Under the pieces are notes generated by a model that saw nothing but the letters and a program-made list of their open reading frames with translations, ran no database searches and was not told the origin of the DNA. This document shows positions 1 to 10,443 of a stretch of DNA of 43,310 bases, in pieces. The position numbers were made by a program, and so were the translations under genes. Each line of letters starts with the position of its first letter. Within the stretch, counting starts at the first letter, position 1. This DNA comes from a virus (Duplodnaviria; Caudoviricetes). Where the stretch lies: positions 1 to 43,310 of IMG/VR virus record IMGVR_UViG_3300009678_000027. One strand, 5' to 3'.

Positions 1-123
1 ATCGGTAAGATTCCTTTTACGAGACGTTTCAAACTCCTTAGCAGATAATATCGAATTCAAAGGCGGTAGGGAGACAGAATTTAACAATCTCATAGCCAAT
101 AAGTCAAATAAAACGCACTACCG
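1..123 (+). repeat. Terminal direct repeat, left copy (likely assembly overlap)
   Basis: atcggtaagattcc...aaacgcactaccg identical to 43188-43310. Confidence 0.97.
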
Positions 124-490
124 CTGGCTTTTACCATTGTCCGCTACGCGCTCACCGCTAAACAATCAAACCAGAACTAAAACCTGGGCTGTTGCTATTT
201 TATTCATGCAACAGGACGCCTTCGACGCCAGCGCGGAACAGACTAATATTATCCATGATGCCACTGATTTAGCTGTTGACAAGTTTATTCAAAGGTTAGA
301 CGACTGGTCGATGACTGAACAGGACAACGTCGGTGATGTAACTATAGAAAACATTCGGCAGGATCCATTTTACAAAGATCAGGCTGGTGTCTACTCCGGT
401 TGGTTAGTTCGGTTTAATCTGATTACTCCTGATGCATTCGAATACTGCACTCCCGACAACATAGCCATTTACGACAATGGATTTAATTGA
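2..490 (+). CDS. 3' part of junction-spanning gene starting at ATG 43177; putative tail terminator/completion protein
   Basis: Frame open from 43177 across the junction (MSHQSVRFLLRDVSNSLADNIEFKGGRE...) into track ORF 137..490; C-terminal SGWLVRFNL strand and position before a gp10-like gene. Confidence 0.65.
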   Translation, partial: SVRFLLRDVSNSLADNIEFKGGRETEFNNLIANKSNKTHYRWLLPLSATRSPLNNQTRTKTWAVAILFMQQDAFDASAEQTNIIHDATDLAVDKFIQRLDDWSMTEQDNVGDVTIENIRQDPFYKDQAGVYSGWLVRFNLITPDAFEYCTPDNIAIYDNGFN

Positions 491-935
491 GATTCTTAAC
501 GAGCAGGGCATTGAGTTAGTCAACGGAATACGGGCTAATCTAGGATCCACAGGGACAACAGCGACAGGAAAGACATCACAAAGTTTAAGATTTGAAATCA
601 GCCAGGAAGGCACGAAGACCAGGTTAAAACTATTCGGACGTCCTTTTTTTATGACCGTTGAAACCGGGCGAAAGGCTACACCAAATAAGAAACCTTCACG
701 GGAGTTTATTGAGAACCTAAAGCCGTGGGCTGAAGCAAGGGGGATTCCTGAGGGCGCTGTTTGGGCTATAGCTACTAAAATTAACAAATTAGGAACAAAC
801 TTGTGGAGGGCAGGAGGAAGGGAGGATATAGTTGAACCTCCGGTTGATAATTTTATAAACAACGTAGGGCAAGCTCTACTCGACTCGAAAGCGGATGATT
901 TAGTAATGAAAATAAAAGATGGTATCAGTAGTTAA
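477..935 (+). CDS. HK97 gp10-like neck/tail-completion protein
   Basis: ATGKTSQSL, FMTVETGRK..KKP, WAEARGI, AIATKINKLGT motifs. Confidence 0.65.
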   Translation: MDLIEILNEQGIELVNGIRANLGSTGTTATGKTSQSLRFEISQEGTKTRLKLFGRPFFMTVETGRKATPNKKPSREFIENLKPWAEARGIPEGAVWAIATKINKLGTNLWRAGGREDIVEPPVDNFINNVGQALLDSKADDLVMKIKDGISS

Positions 936-2715
936 AACACCACAAGGACACAAGATAATAGATCAGGCTATTGACGCTTTCATTGGTGACGCTTCAGGTG
1001 ACGCTGTTGTAGTTTTCGACTATCATTCACTGACTACAGGAGATTACATTTACGTTACTTCAGACATTGACGAGTACAACGGCTTTTGGTATGTCGAAGT
1101 GGCCAGCTACAGGGAGTTTCAACTAAAAGAACACGCTGACGCTGACTTAGTAGAATACTACCAGGATGCTGACATAGAATATTATAGGACGCAACCACAT
1201 GACTGGAGTTCAATATTCCTTCCAATAGTTTACAAGATCACAAATAACCGTTGGCCGTTAAATACAGCAGATACCGCGAGAACGGTTTCAAGTCAGGCCG
1301 ATGATAATGGCTTCACAGAACTAACACTTTCGGGTGATCTTAAAGCTGAAGGAGCCAATATGCTGGAATTCTTAAAGATCGCCGATGCTCCGGATGCGGG
1401 CCTTAATAACATTTGGCAGATAGTGGAAATGGTCTCACCTTCGATAGTAGTTATTAATTTGCCATATTCAGTGTTAAATTCTTTCTCTGGGGCACTTGTT
1501 CAATACTACTACAACAACTATCAGGTAAGAGTCAAAGTGTGGGCAGGGCTTAACGCTCTGCATCCGTGGGCAGATAAGAAACCTTACGAGGAGATGGCTG
1601 AACTGTCACTTACCCCGGATGAGAATAATGAGGTGATGTTTTCCATCAGTGACTACATTAAAAGTAAGGTACAGGTAAAAAACAATCTTACTTTATTCTC
1701 ACTTCCTTTAAATCTTGACGCCTTCACAGGGTTTTATATCCAAACGGCAGAGAGTTACGACGATTCAGATAACTACTCTTTAGCTACCGTTCAAACGAGT
1801 TTTTCAACAGACACTTTCGAAGGCTACGCCATAGCTGGGAAGCTTCCTTTTAAGAATACTTATTCAGGTGACTACGCGGAATATGTTTTAACTTCTGGCT
1901 CCCCTGCTCGGTGGCTGACTAACGCTGATAGACTTTTAGCAGTGGAGGATCTTTACTTTGACATTTCGTTCATTAAAAATATCAGGGGTGCTTTCCAGAT
2001 AATTATTGACAAGTATTTAAATGACGCCTTAACGGCGACAGAAACACAGTCATTTTTGGACAATGGGATAGGCGTTTACAGAATACCTATAGTTCCGGAT
2101 ATTTTCTATGATCATTTCTGTGTTCGTGCTTATACTCCTGGGGTGGCGGCTACGTCAGGGCCGCCAGTTACAACACTTGAAGCATTGACGGGGTTTGCTA
2201 ATTTTGGTGGCGCCACATGGACGCTAGGCGCTAATCCTACGATTTCATGTAATGGTAGTAGCGGCGTTACAGGGTGGCTTAATGGTGACATCGTAACCAC
2301 GGGAGGCTATGACTATGAATTTACAGTAGCTATTGATATAGATCCTCCTGATTTTTATTTACCTATTTCTGAAGTAGTGTATGCGTTAATGACTGTAGGT
2401 GGATTAGTTATTGATTCAGTTACTTATAATTATGTAGTTGACGGAACATTCACAGAAACGTTTACTTTACACGCTACAGAGGGAGGGCAGTATCTGGCGA
2501 TTTACGTAACCAATCATACTCCTTTTGCTACTAAGAATTATACCATAATATCGGCTGCTTATAACGCACCAACGCCTGTAGACGATAGCATTCCGGCTCA
2601 GGTTATGACAGAGGAAATCTGTATAGACATTTTAGAAACCTGCGAGGCACAACAAGGCTTTAGCGAGGAAGACAGAAGATTACTTGAAGATGGAGACTTT
2701 AGATTACTTGAATGA
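919..2715 (+). CDS. Minor tail/baseplate structural protein ending in RRLLEDGDFRLLE
   Basis: 598-aa acidic, beta-rich ORF in tail block; NGFWYV/NNIWQI repeats. Confidence 0.6.
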   Translation: MVSVVKTPQGHKIIDQAIDAFIGDASGDAVVVFDYHSLTTGDYIYVTSDIDEYNGFWYVEVASYREFQLKEHADADLVEYYQDADIEYYRTQPHDWSSIFLPIVYKITNNRWPLNTADTARTVSSQADDNGFTELTLSGDLKAEGANMLEFLKIADAPDAGLNNIWQIVEMVSPSIVVINLPYSVLNSFSGALVQYYYNNYQVRVKVWAGLNALHPWADKKPYEEMAELSLTPDENNEVMFSISDYIKSKVQVKNNLTLFSLPLNLDAFTGFYIQTAESYDDSDNYSLATVQTSFSTDTFEGYAIAGKLPFKNTYSGDYAEYVLTSGSPARWLTNADRLLAVEDLYFDISFIKNIRGAFQIIIDKYLNDALTATETQSFLDNGIGVYRIPIVPDIFYDHFCVRAYTPGVAATSGPPVTTLEALTGFANFGGATWTLGANPTISCNGSSGVTGWLNGDIVTTGGYDYEFTVAIDIDPPDFYLPISEVVYALMTVGGLVIDSVTYNYVVDGTFTETFTLHATEGGQYLAIYVTNHTPFATKNYTIISAAYNAPTPVDDSIPAQVMTEEICIDILETCEAQQGFSEEDRRLLEDGDFRLLE

Positions 2716-3131
2716 GAGAACTAACCTATACATCATGGCTTAACAACTTGGGGGGGTTTGAATACTGGCCTTTCGTTGGGTATAAAGATAAACTGTTAAG
2801 CGTAGAGTCTACAGGAGAGACTAAGAAAAACATCTTCCATAACTGGCCAAAGAGTTACAATACTTTTGCCGACACTATTTCAAAGCAAACTTTCAGAAGA
2901 ACCCGCAGGCAGGAGCTAGTAAGAAGCCAGCATCTTTCAAGGACGCAAGCTGAAAGGATTGGTGATGAAATAAGGAGTAGTCCATTGGTGCAGATTATTA
3001 CCAGCAGGAGAGACCGCAGGACTGTGATAGTTGACAATTCAAGTGTCACTGTCAGAAGGGGAATAGATAAGATTCATAGTTTAAGTTTTACAATAAGCTA
3101 CACCGATCAGGTATCGAGTCAAACGGTATGA
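2712..3131 (+). CDS. Distal tail-like structural protein
   Basis: WLNNLGGFEYWPF motif and C-terminal SLSFTISY, typical of Bacteroidota siphophage tail proteins. Confidence 0.6.
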   Translation: MRELTYTSWLNNLGGFEYWPFVGYKDKLLSVESTGETKKNIFHNWPKSYNTFADTISKQTFRRTRRQELVRSQHLSRTQAERIGDEIRSSPLVQIITSRRDRRTVIVDNSSVTVRRGIDKIHSLSFTISYTDQVSSQTV

Positions 3132-5419
3132 TGATTAAAGTTTCAAATGAGTATTTAGATTTCGATGACGTAATTGAGATGGAAAAGCAGATTAAGCTTT
3201 TCGAAGACATCTCCACTACTGACGGCGACTTCTCTTATGCGTTTGAACTTCAAAAAACTTTACACAATACAAGATTACTTAATAACCCTTTCCCTGATAA
3301 TATTTCAAAATTAGTATACCAGAGAATCCCAGCTCAGATACTAAACGACTCCGGGGCGCTGACTTATTCAGGCTACCTTAGAATTGAAAGGATTACACAA
3401 ACTTATGAGTGCTCTTTCTTCTCAGGAAATAATAACTGGTTCGGGATGATCGATGGCCAGTTACAGGATTTAGACTTTTCAGTTTATGACATCGATAACA
3501 ACGAAATAACTATCGTAGATTCATGGTCAAACACCGAAGGGTTGGTATTCCCTCTTTTAGATAATGGTGGACTAATTACCAGGTCATGGGCGCAAATAAA
3601 GATTGAGGACTTTGTAGCTGGGCTGTACGTTAAGACTATTTTCAAAAAAGTATTTACAGAAGCAGGAATTAAGATACAAGGGGAATTATTAGAAGACTGG
3701 CGGTATCAGCATCTTTTGTGTGTTGCTAATTCAAAGAATGAAGATTTAATAAATTCGGCTACATCTTTCGTTGAAAAGAATCAAGCCCAGGCAATCCCTT
3801 ACAATACTACCGTACAGGTCACATGGGACAATGACAGCGTGTTACCGTACTTCGACGGATCAGCTAATGCGTTCGATTCAGACCAATACACTTCACCGTT
3901 TAAAATGACGGCTGTAGTTAATTTTAGCGACGTTTACTTAGGGACTGGTTTCGGTGGGTTGGTATTAGTAGCCATCAGGGTGAACGGTGTTAACGTTAGG
4001 ACCGTGGCCGTAGGTGCCCTTCAAAACGTGGAAACTGTTTGCCCCCTAAACGTAGTCCTTCAATTGAATATAGGTGACGTCATCACGGTACACCAGAACC
4101 AAACAAATGCCGACAGTGACGCAGGGCAGATTTTAAGGGGTACGATTAAAATCACGCCTACTTACATTTACAGGACAATAGGCAGCTCTGTAGTTCCAAA
4201 CTGGACAAAGCAACAGTTTGTATCTAACGTACTTCGAATATTTAATGTGCTGCCTTCTTACAATCCAGGAACTGCAACACTAACGCTTAACTTGTTCGAG
4301 AAGATCAAAGGCAAACCGGCAATTGATTTAAGTGAATACATTTCAGAAACAGACATAGACTATCAAGAATTTATAAGCGACTACGGGCAGAATTCTAGAC
4401 TTTCATATTCAGAAGTCGAATATGAGCAATTAAAGACATACAATAAAGGCAAATATTTAAAATACGGTCAGGGCAACATAGTGGTAGGTAACGGATTCCT
4501 GGAACATGAAAAAGAGATTTTAAAATCTGACTTTGCTAATCCGATCGCCTATAACAATCCGGTATTTGATGCATCACTGGAATTAACAAATCTTATCGAA
4601 CTAGAGGAGGGTGAAGAGATTCAATTCCCTGACGTTGCAAATGATGGGTATGGGGACGCTGCTTTCCAAGATCCTAATGGTATTTTTTTAGTTGGAGACC
4701 TGGCAAGAATTGTTGATTCCTCAAATGAAGTTTATAACGGTGACTGGATTGTGAAATCTATTCCTTCAGGTCACGTAGTTTTTAATGGGCTACCTTTTGA
4801 CACCGCCGCGAGTGGGACGATAAAGAAATTAAACTATAAATACTCATCAAATGAAGATGTATTCTTATTTCTTAACATACCTAACTATCAGACGTCGAAG
4901 TTCTCGAATGCTTCTATCGTCTTTGATTCAGGAGGATTTTATCCTATCGCACTTGATAACGTCGCACTCGCTTATTTCGATCTCATCAACACTGGCCGCC
5001 AGATTAATCATGATTTTATCTATTCACTTTCATTCGGAGAATTAGACGATCCTTTAAGGTATCAGATAGGAATGATTCATAGCTATTTTAGATTGTTCTC
5101 AAGTGTGCTGAATGACCCTGTGAAACTTATTAGCACTTGTGTTGTCCCTTTCGACGTTTACAATAGAATAGACTTCCTAAGCCCGATTAAGATCAGGACA
5201 GAGGAAACGCAGAATGTTTATTACTTAAATAGGATTTCAGGATATAAAGAAAGCTATTTAGATTCCGAATGGCAGCTTATTAAACTGCCTGCGGGAATAC
5301 CTGAAGTCCTTACTGGGACTGCTGCACCATCGACTGGAGGGGGCGGTGGAATACCTGATCCAGATCCGGGATTATGTGGATTGCCTTATGAATTACCTTT
5401 TGAACTTGCATGTGAATAA
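3128..5419 (+). CDS. Tail tip/baseplate hub protein with Gly/Pro tail ending LPYELPFEL
   Basis: N-terminal FSYAFEL..T..N, GYLRI, FPLLDNG; C-terminal YYLNRISGY. Confidence 0.7.
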   Translation: MMIKVSNEYLDFDDVIEMEKQIKLFEDISTTDGDFSYAFELQKTLHNTRLLNNPFPDNISKLVYQRIPAQILNDSGALTYSGYLRIERITQTYECSFFSGNNNWFGMIDGQLQDLDFSVYDIDNNEITIVDSWSNTEGLVFPLLDNGGLITRSWAQIKIEDFVAGLYVKTIFKKVFTEAGIKIQGELLEDWRYQHLLCVANSKNEDLINSATSFVEKNQAQAIPYNTTVQVTWDNDSVLPYFDGSANAFDSDQYTSPFKMTAVVNFSDVYLGTGFGGLVLVAIRVNGVNVRTVAVGALQNVETVCPLNVVLQLNIGDVITVHQNQTNADSDAGQILRGTIKITPTYIYRTIGSSVVPNWTKQQFVSNVLRIFNVLPSYNPGTATLTLNLFEKIKGKPAIDLSEYISETDIDYQEFISDYGQNSRLSYSEVEYEQLKTYNKGKYLKYGQGNIVVGNGFLEHEKEILKSDFANPIAYNNPVFDASLELTNLIELEEGEEIQFPDVANDGYGDAAFQDPNGIFLVGDLARIVDSSNEVYNGDWIVKSIPSGHVVFNGLPFDTAASGTIKKLNYKYSSNEDVFLFLNIPNYQTSKFSNASIVFDSGGFYPIALDNVALAYFDLINTGRQINHDFIYSLSFGELDDPLRYQIGMIHSYFRLFSSVLNDPVKLISTCVVPFDVYNRIDFLSPIKIRTEETQNVYYLNRISGYKESYLDSEWQLIKLPAGIPEVLTGTAAPSTGGGGGIPDPDPGLCGLPYELPFELACE

Positions 5420-7353
5420 TGGCACGCACTGAAGAAATTATACTAGACTTTGAGGTTGACACGGGTGATTCTGTGCAATCTATCAATGATCTTACTAAAG
5501 CCAATAAAGAGCTAAGGGAAGAAAGGAATAAACTTAACATTCAAAGCAAGGAAGGCCAACAGAGACTAAAAGAAATCAATTCTCAGCTTGATGCTAATAG
5601 TACAAAAATAAAAGAGAATGTTTCTGCATTAGAAAAGCAAAAGATAAACATAGGTAATTATCGTTCCGCACTTGATGGAGTTCACCCTGCTTTAGGGAAA
5701 CTTAGTGCTGGGTTAGATTCAGGAGCACAAGGATTCAAGGCCATGACTTTGCAGGCGTTGAGGTTTATTGCTACTCCTATAGGTGCGATATTGGCGGCTA
5801 TCGTCGCGGTGTTTACACTTCTAAAAGCTGCTGTATCTCAGAATAACGAAATATTAGACAAATTTGAAAATATCACTAATGCAGTAGGTGTAGTTTTAAA
5901 TGTCATCATCAGCAGGGTAGGAAAGTTAGGTGAAGCATTGATTGCTTTAGCTACGGGGGATTTTGATAAGGCTATTGATTTAACGGCTCAGGCATTTGGA
6001 GGGCTAGCGGATGAAATAGGAAACGCACTAACTCAAGGGCAATTGTATTTAGATCTTTCTCGTGATTTAGAAGACGCTCAACGAGCTTTAAGAATTGAAA
6101 CCGCCAAACAGGAAAATGAAATTAAACGGCTAGTTGTAGCTGCTAAAAACAGGAGTTTAACATTAGATGAGCAGGAGCAACTTTTAAGAAAGGCTCTTGC
6201 ACTAGAACAGCAGTTAGTAGCTAAACGGGCAGAGAACGCGCAGAAGGATTTAGTAATTACCGCGAAAAGGATTGCTTTAGACCGGGAATTAAGTCAGACT
6301 TCAGAGGAAACATTTGACGAGTTCGTAACCCGATTGGTGGAGAGTTCCAAGTTGGGTGATGAACAGGTAGATGAAATTATAACCAAAATTGAAGCCTTAG
6401 AACAAGCTCGAGGTTCCTCACTTGCTTTTCAGGAGAAAGTAGAAAACAACCTATCGGCTATCCAGGAGAAACGGGCTTTAGCTTTAGAGAAACAAAACGC
6501 CGCCTTAGCAGAACAGGCAGCTTTAAGAGAAGCTAACGCGCGTGCTGCAAGTGAAGAGGTTAGAAGTGCAAAGGATGGCGTTAAGCGAGAAGATAGACCG
6601 GATGAATTATCTGGTGCATTTGCTACACAGCTTGATAAGCAACAGGAGCTAGAAATTACCGAAAATTTTAATGAAAGGATTAATCAGGCCAATAATGAGG
6701 CGTATCTAGAAGATGTACGGAATAAGCATAAAGCCGAACAGACAAAATTAGCACTGCAAGAAGCAGCCAATAGTCAATCAATTGAAACAAGAGATCGTTT
6801 TATTGCAGCCGGACTTGCTATTGCTGATCGTGAATCAGCTGTTTTCAAAGCATTTGCGACAGCTCAAACTTTAATATCCACGGCACAAACAGCGCAATTA
6901 GCATATAAGTCTGCTTTCCTTCCTATTGCCACAGTGGCTTCACCTGCACTTGGCGCTATAAATGCAGCCCTTGCAGTGGCTCAAGGGTTGGCACAAGTGG
7001 CGGCTATTAACGGGGTAGAGTTCGCTGAAGGTGGATGGACCGGCCCAGGTGGTAAATATGAGCCAAAAGGTATTGTTCATGGTAATGAAGTTGTTTGGAA
7101 TACAGAAGATGTCATGGCTGTTGGCGGTCCTCACGTAGCTAATGCAATGCGTCCAACTTATGGGCGTAGACAAGGAATTAGGGGTGAATATTTTGACGGT
7201 GGACTGACTACAAATTCCATCTCAACTCCAATAAATCAGCAATTAGAAATAGCAAACGTAATTAAGAATTTACCTCCTCCTGTAGTGGGAGTGAAGGAAG
7301 TTACCAAGATGCAAAATAGGGTTAGAGTAAAAGAACAAGCTTCTAAAAGATGA
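5419..7353 (+). CDS. Tape measure protein
   Basis: Ala/Leu/Glu-rich coiled coil, NIGNY, ATPIGAILAAI hydrophobic segment, C-terminal FAEGGWTGPGGKYEPKGIVHGNEVV. Confidence 0.9.
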   Translation: MARTEEIILDFEVDTGDSVQSINDLTKANKELREERNKLNIQSKEGQQRLKEINSQLDANSTKIKENVSALEKQKINIGNYRSALDGVHPALGKLSAGLDSGAQGFKAMTLQALRFIATPIGAILAAIVAVFTLLKAAVSQNNEILDKFENITNAVGVVLNVIISRVGKLGEALIALATGDFDKAIDLTAQAFGGLADEIGNALTQGQLYLDLSRDLEDAQRALRIETAKQENEIKRLVVAAKNRSLTLDEQEQLLRKALALEQQLVAKRAENAQKDLVITAKRIALDRELSQTSEETFDEFVTRLVESSKLGDEQVDEIITKIEALEQARGSSLAFQEKVENNLSAIQEKRALALEKQNAALAEQAALREANARAASEEVRSAKDGVKREDRPDELSGAFATQLDKQQELEITENFNERINQANNEAYLEDVRNKHKAEQTKLALQEAANSQSIETRDRFIAAGLAIADRESAVFKAFATAQTLISTAQTAQLAYKSAFLPIATVASPALGAINAALAVAQGLAQVAAINGVEFAEGGWTGPGGKYEPKGIVHGNEVVWNTEDVMAVGGPHVANAMRPTYGRRQGIRGEYFDGGLTTNSISTPINQQLEIANVIKNLPPPVVGVKEVTKMQNRVRVKEQASKR

Positions 7354-7571
7354 GCCTAGCCGATAAATATGGAATCCCAAAAGAGAAAATTCAAGCCTTG
7401 GTAAAGGACGGATGGATAAACTGTAACCTCACCCGTGATGAGCAAATAGTTTACGTCTATCAAGAGGCTTTAAAGAACGGTAAGCCTAGAAAACAAGCGC
7501 TCACAGAGGCGGCAGATTTCGGCAAACTTCAAGAGCGCCAGGTCTATTACATAATCCACAAATTCGAGTAG
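7350..7571 (+). CDS. Small helix-turn-helix protein (Mor-like late regulator candidate)
   Basis: ALTEAADFGKLQERQVYYII HTH pattern; directly upstream of head genes. Confidence 0.55.
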   Translation: MSLADKYGIPKEKIQALVKDGWINCNLTRDEQIVYVYQEALKNGKPRKQALTEAADFGKLQERQVYYIIHKFE

Positions 7572-7572
7572 C

Positions 7573-7586
7573 GCAATAACAATTGC
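7573..7586. promoter_or_regulatory. Inverted repeat GCAAT-N4-ATTGC upstream of head operon
   Basis: gcaat aaca attgc in the gap between the HTH gene and the protease. Confidence 0.4.
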
Positions 7587-7622
7587 ACACGAACCCGTCT
7601 AATTCTCGCCAAATTCACGGCG

Positions 7623-8747
7623 ATGACGGGTCACATTTATATTTATGGTGAAGTGGGAAAACAGGTAACATTAGACACGGTTCTAAAGGAAATCTCCCCA
7701 AAAAACGATAGTTATATTGTCCACATCCATTCCCCAGGCGGGGATGTATTCGAAGGATACGCAATCTACAATGCGATCAAGAATACAGGAAAAAACATTA
7801 CAGTTCAGATAGAAGGCGTTTGCGCTTCGATAGCCACCCTGATAGCTGCTGCGGGTTCAAAGATTATCATGAATGCTAAAAGTCAGTTCATGGTACATAA
7901 CCCTAAAATCACTTCGGTCTCCGGAGACCACAAAGATCTACGCAACGTTGCCGCCCAGCTTGAGAGAATCAAGACGCAATTAATCGAATCATGGCTAGGA
8001 AGGACTTCACTTTCAGTAGAGCAACTCTCACAGATGTATGATAACGAAACCTGGCTAACGCCTGAACAGGCCAAAGACTTGGGGTTCGTTGACGAGGTTC
8101 AAGAAGTTCTAAAGGCTGTCGCTTCAGCAGATTTTAAATACTATAAACACATGAATGATAAAACATCAATCCTCAACTCAATCCGGAAACTGTTCAATCA
8201 GCTTTTCGATGAGGAACCCAAAAACATGACCGACACTTTATCTGACGGTAAAGTAATCGTGATCCAGGCAGAAGACGGCGACTGGACAGGAAAGAAAGTC
8301 ACCCTTGAAGACGGCTCCCCACTTCCAGCTGGTGAACACACTTTAGCCAGCGGTAGAACTATTTCAGTAGATGACTCCGGAACAATCACAGAAGTAAAAG
8401 AACCAGAAGCAAAAACAGAAGATGAACCCGAAAATACAGAAGACATGAAAGTCAAAGAAGAAAACGAACAACTAAAAGCAAGGATCAAAGAACTGGAATC
8501 CGCTTTAGAAGCTCAAAGTAATACAGCAGCAAAAGCAGAAGCTAAGGCAAAGTCATTCGAAAACAAATTGAACATCGAGCTACCAACTCTAAAGGCAGAG
8601 ATTGACAAGCTCAAAAATACCACAGTAGGAGATACCACACCTCCGGCAAAAGCAACAAAACTTCCTTTCGAAGGTCAGCCACAAGGCAAAGATCCTTTAG
8701 CGGAATTTTTCAAAAACAGAGTAAGAGACGTAAGAAACACCGATTAA
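7623..8747 (+). CDS. ClpP-family prohead protease with C-terminal scaffold region
   Basis: IHSPGGDVFEG, GVCASIAT (Ser), FMVHNP (His), ETWLTPEQAKDLGFVD; charged coiled-coil C-terminus. Confidence 0.92.
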   Translation: MTGHIYIYGEVGKQVTLDTVLKEISPKNDSYIVHIHSPGGDVFEGYAIYNAIKNTGKNITVQIEGVCASIATLIAAAGSKIIMNAKSQFMVHNPKITSVSGDHKDLRNVAAQLERIKTQLIESWLGRTSLSVEQLSQMYDNETWLTPEQAKDLGFVDEVQEVLKAVASADFKYYKHMNDKTSILNSIRKLFNQLFDEEPKNMTDTLSDGKVIVIQAEDGDWTGKKVTLEDGSPLPAGEHTLASGRTISVDDSGTITEVKEPEAKTEDEPENTEDMKVKEENEQLKARIKELESALEAQSNTAAKAEAKAKSFENKLNIELPTLKAEIDKLKNTTVGDTTPPAKATKLPFEGQPQGKDPLAEFFKNRVRDVRNTD

Positions 8748-8748
8748 T

Positions 8749-9798
8749 ATGAAAGAGAATCAAATTGTAAATTCAATGTATACGCCAAACATTACGTATA
8801 CATACCCAGGTAAATTGAACCTGGATTTAATTGAACCCATTGAAATCGGTGTTCCTGCGATATCCGATCTTATGCGGGTCATCCAAGGTATCCGTTGTGG
8901 GGAGTACCTCCACTACATCGCGGCACTAACTTCTGTTCTGTCAAAAGGAACCGGAGATTGTAATCCTACCTACACACAAGCCGGATCTATTACTGACCGA
9001 GTACTGACTACAGGGAAATTCTACGTTAACCTGGAATGGTGCGAGGAGGAGTTTAGTGCAGTTTGTACTGCGTTAAGTGATTCTGACCTGATAGCTCCTG
9101 GCGTGGATGGTTACGAGCTTACAAACAAGCTAATGAATCTTATCTTCAAACGAGTTACTGCTACCATGCAGTTAGATATCATGAAGGCTTTGTTCTTTGG
9201 TGATAATTCACTCGGAGTTGGAAATACAACGATATACTCTGTAATCGACGGGGTGTTCACGCACTTCCTGGATTCTGAAGCGGCTTATTGCGTTCAGCCT
9301 GTGGGGCCTGGCTTTGGTAACAACCATGCTACGGTTCTTTCAACAGCTAACGTGGCGCGCGACCAGCTCAGAGAACTTTGGAGTCAGGCAAACATCAGGT
9401 TGAAACAATTACCTAGCGCACAAAAAGTATTCTGGGTTACAGGATCTGTCTGGGAGAACTACTACAAGTCACTTATTGACAATTGTTGTACCGAGGGTGC
9501 ATGGAGACTCCAACAGGACGGAAGTACTGCGCTGTATTTTCACGGGATAAAACTTGAGCCGCTATGGTTCGCTGACGACAGCCTGCAGAATGACACTACG
9601 AATCCTTTCTATGATGAAATGAGACACTTTGCAGTTTACACCGCAAAGGATAACCACATCTTCGGTGTAGAGAGAGCAAGCGATCTTAACAACCTTACAA
9701 GCTGTTTCGATTGCCGGACTAATTCGAACCTGATTAAAGGTAAAATGAGATTTGGATATAATTTCGCGCAATGTGATTTGATTGCGTGGGCACGATAA
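8749..9798 (+). CDS. Major capsid protein (Cys-rich)
   Basis: 349 aa right after protease; EWCEEEF, LFFGD, IDGVF, C-terminal MRFGYNF. Confidence 0.85.
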   Translation: MKENQIVNSMYTPNITYTYPGKLNLDLIEPIEIGVPAISDLMRVIQGIRCGEYLHYIAALTSVLSKGTGDCNPTYTQAGSITDRVLTTGKFYVNLEWCEEEFSAVCTALSDSDLIAPGVDGYELTNKLMNLIFKRVTATMQLDIMKALFFGDNSLGVGNTTIYSVIDGVFTHFLDSEAAYCVQPVGPGFGNNHATVLSTANVARDQLRELWSQANIRLKQLPSAQKVFWVTGSVWENYYKSLIDNCCTEGAWRLQQDGSTALYFHGIKLEPLWFADDSLQNDTTNPFYDEMRHFAVYTAKDNHIFGVERASDLNNLTSCFDCRTNSNLIKGKMRFGYNFAQCDLIAWAR

Positions 9799-9810
9799 AC
9801 CCCTAACGAT

Positions 9811-10359
9811 ATGGCATTATGCGGAATTACGCAGGGGTTCAATTTCGATTGTAATTCCCTCAAAAGAGTTTCGGGAGTTCGCAGACTGTGGGCGTTTAAT
9901 ATAGACGACCTAACAACTGGAATAGATCCGAACGGAACAGGATACGTTTCTGGACTAGAATTTAATGGCTATGATGGCTTATATGAGTTCGAATCCAGAA
10001 AATTCAGCCACCAGTTTACTCACAACCTGGTAGTTGCTGAAAGCGGCGCTGCTAGCTGGACGCAAACCGGAGTCATCAGAGTCTTCGTTGACACCCCAGA
10101 AGAGGTAGCTGCTTTATCTGATCTGGCTGTTTCAAATGTAGGGTTCATTGTTCTAACAAATAACGGTGAATTCAGAATCTACGGAGCTGAGAACGGTATG
10201 ACGGCGGGTGACGGAACTACAGGAACAACTGGACGCCTACAGGGAGAGGACACTACCGATCAGATTACAATGATTGGAAGTGAGAAACTACCTTACAGAG
10301 TCCTATTGAAGACTGATTATAACACTACTTTGGCACTTGTCGAAGCGCTGGAATTTTAG
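9811..10359 (+). CDS. Major tail tube protein
   Basis: MALCGITQGFNFDC..GV, IVLTNNGEFRIYGAENGM, G..TG motifs; followed by a terminator. Confidence 0.75.
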   Translation: MALCGITQGFNFDCNSLKRVSGVRRLWAFNIDDLTTGIDPNGTGYVSGLEFNGYDGLYEFESRKFSHQFTHNLVVAESGAASWTQTGVIRVFVDTPEEVAALSDLAVSNVGFIVLTNNGEFRIYGAENGMTAGDGTTGTTGRLQGEDTTDQITMIGSEKLPYRVLLKTDYNTTLALVEALEF

Positions 10360-10377
10360 TGGTTGAGATACTTTTGA

Positions 10378-10409
10378 AGAGAGCTTCTTAGAAATAAGAG
10401 GCTTTTTTT
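10378..10409 (+). terminator. Intrinsic terminator
   Basis: agcttctta-gaaa-taagaggct followed by a T run. Confidence 0.85.
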
Positions 10410-10443
10410 ATTGTATTATTTAAGGAAAAATTTAAATTGCGGT

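Noticed and set aside
1-123. Terminal repeat as a biological T7-like DTR
   Set aside because: It lies inside a coding sequence and its length fits an assembler overlap; physical ends cannot be inferred
7623-8747. Host clpP or auxiliary metabolic gene
   Set aside because: Position before the capsid gene and scaffold-like tail indicate a prohead protease
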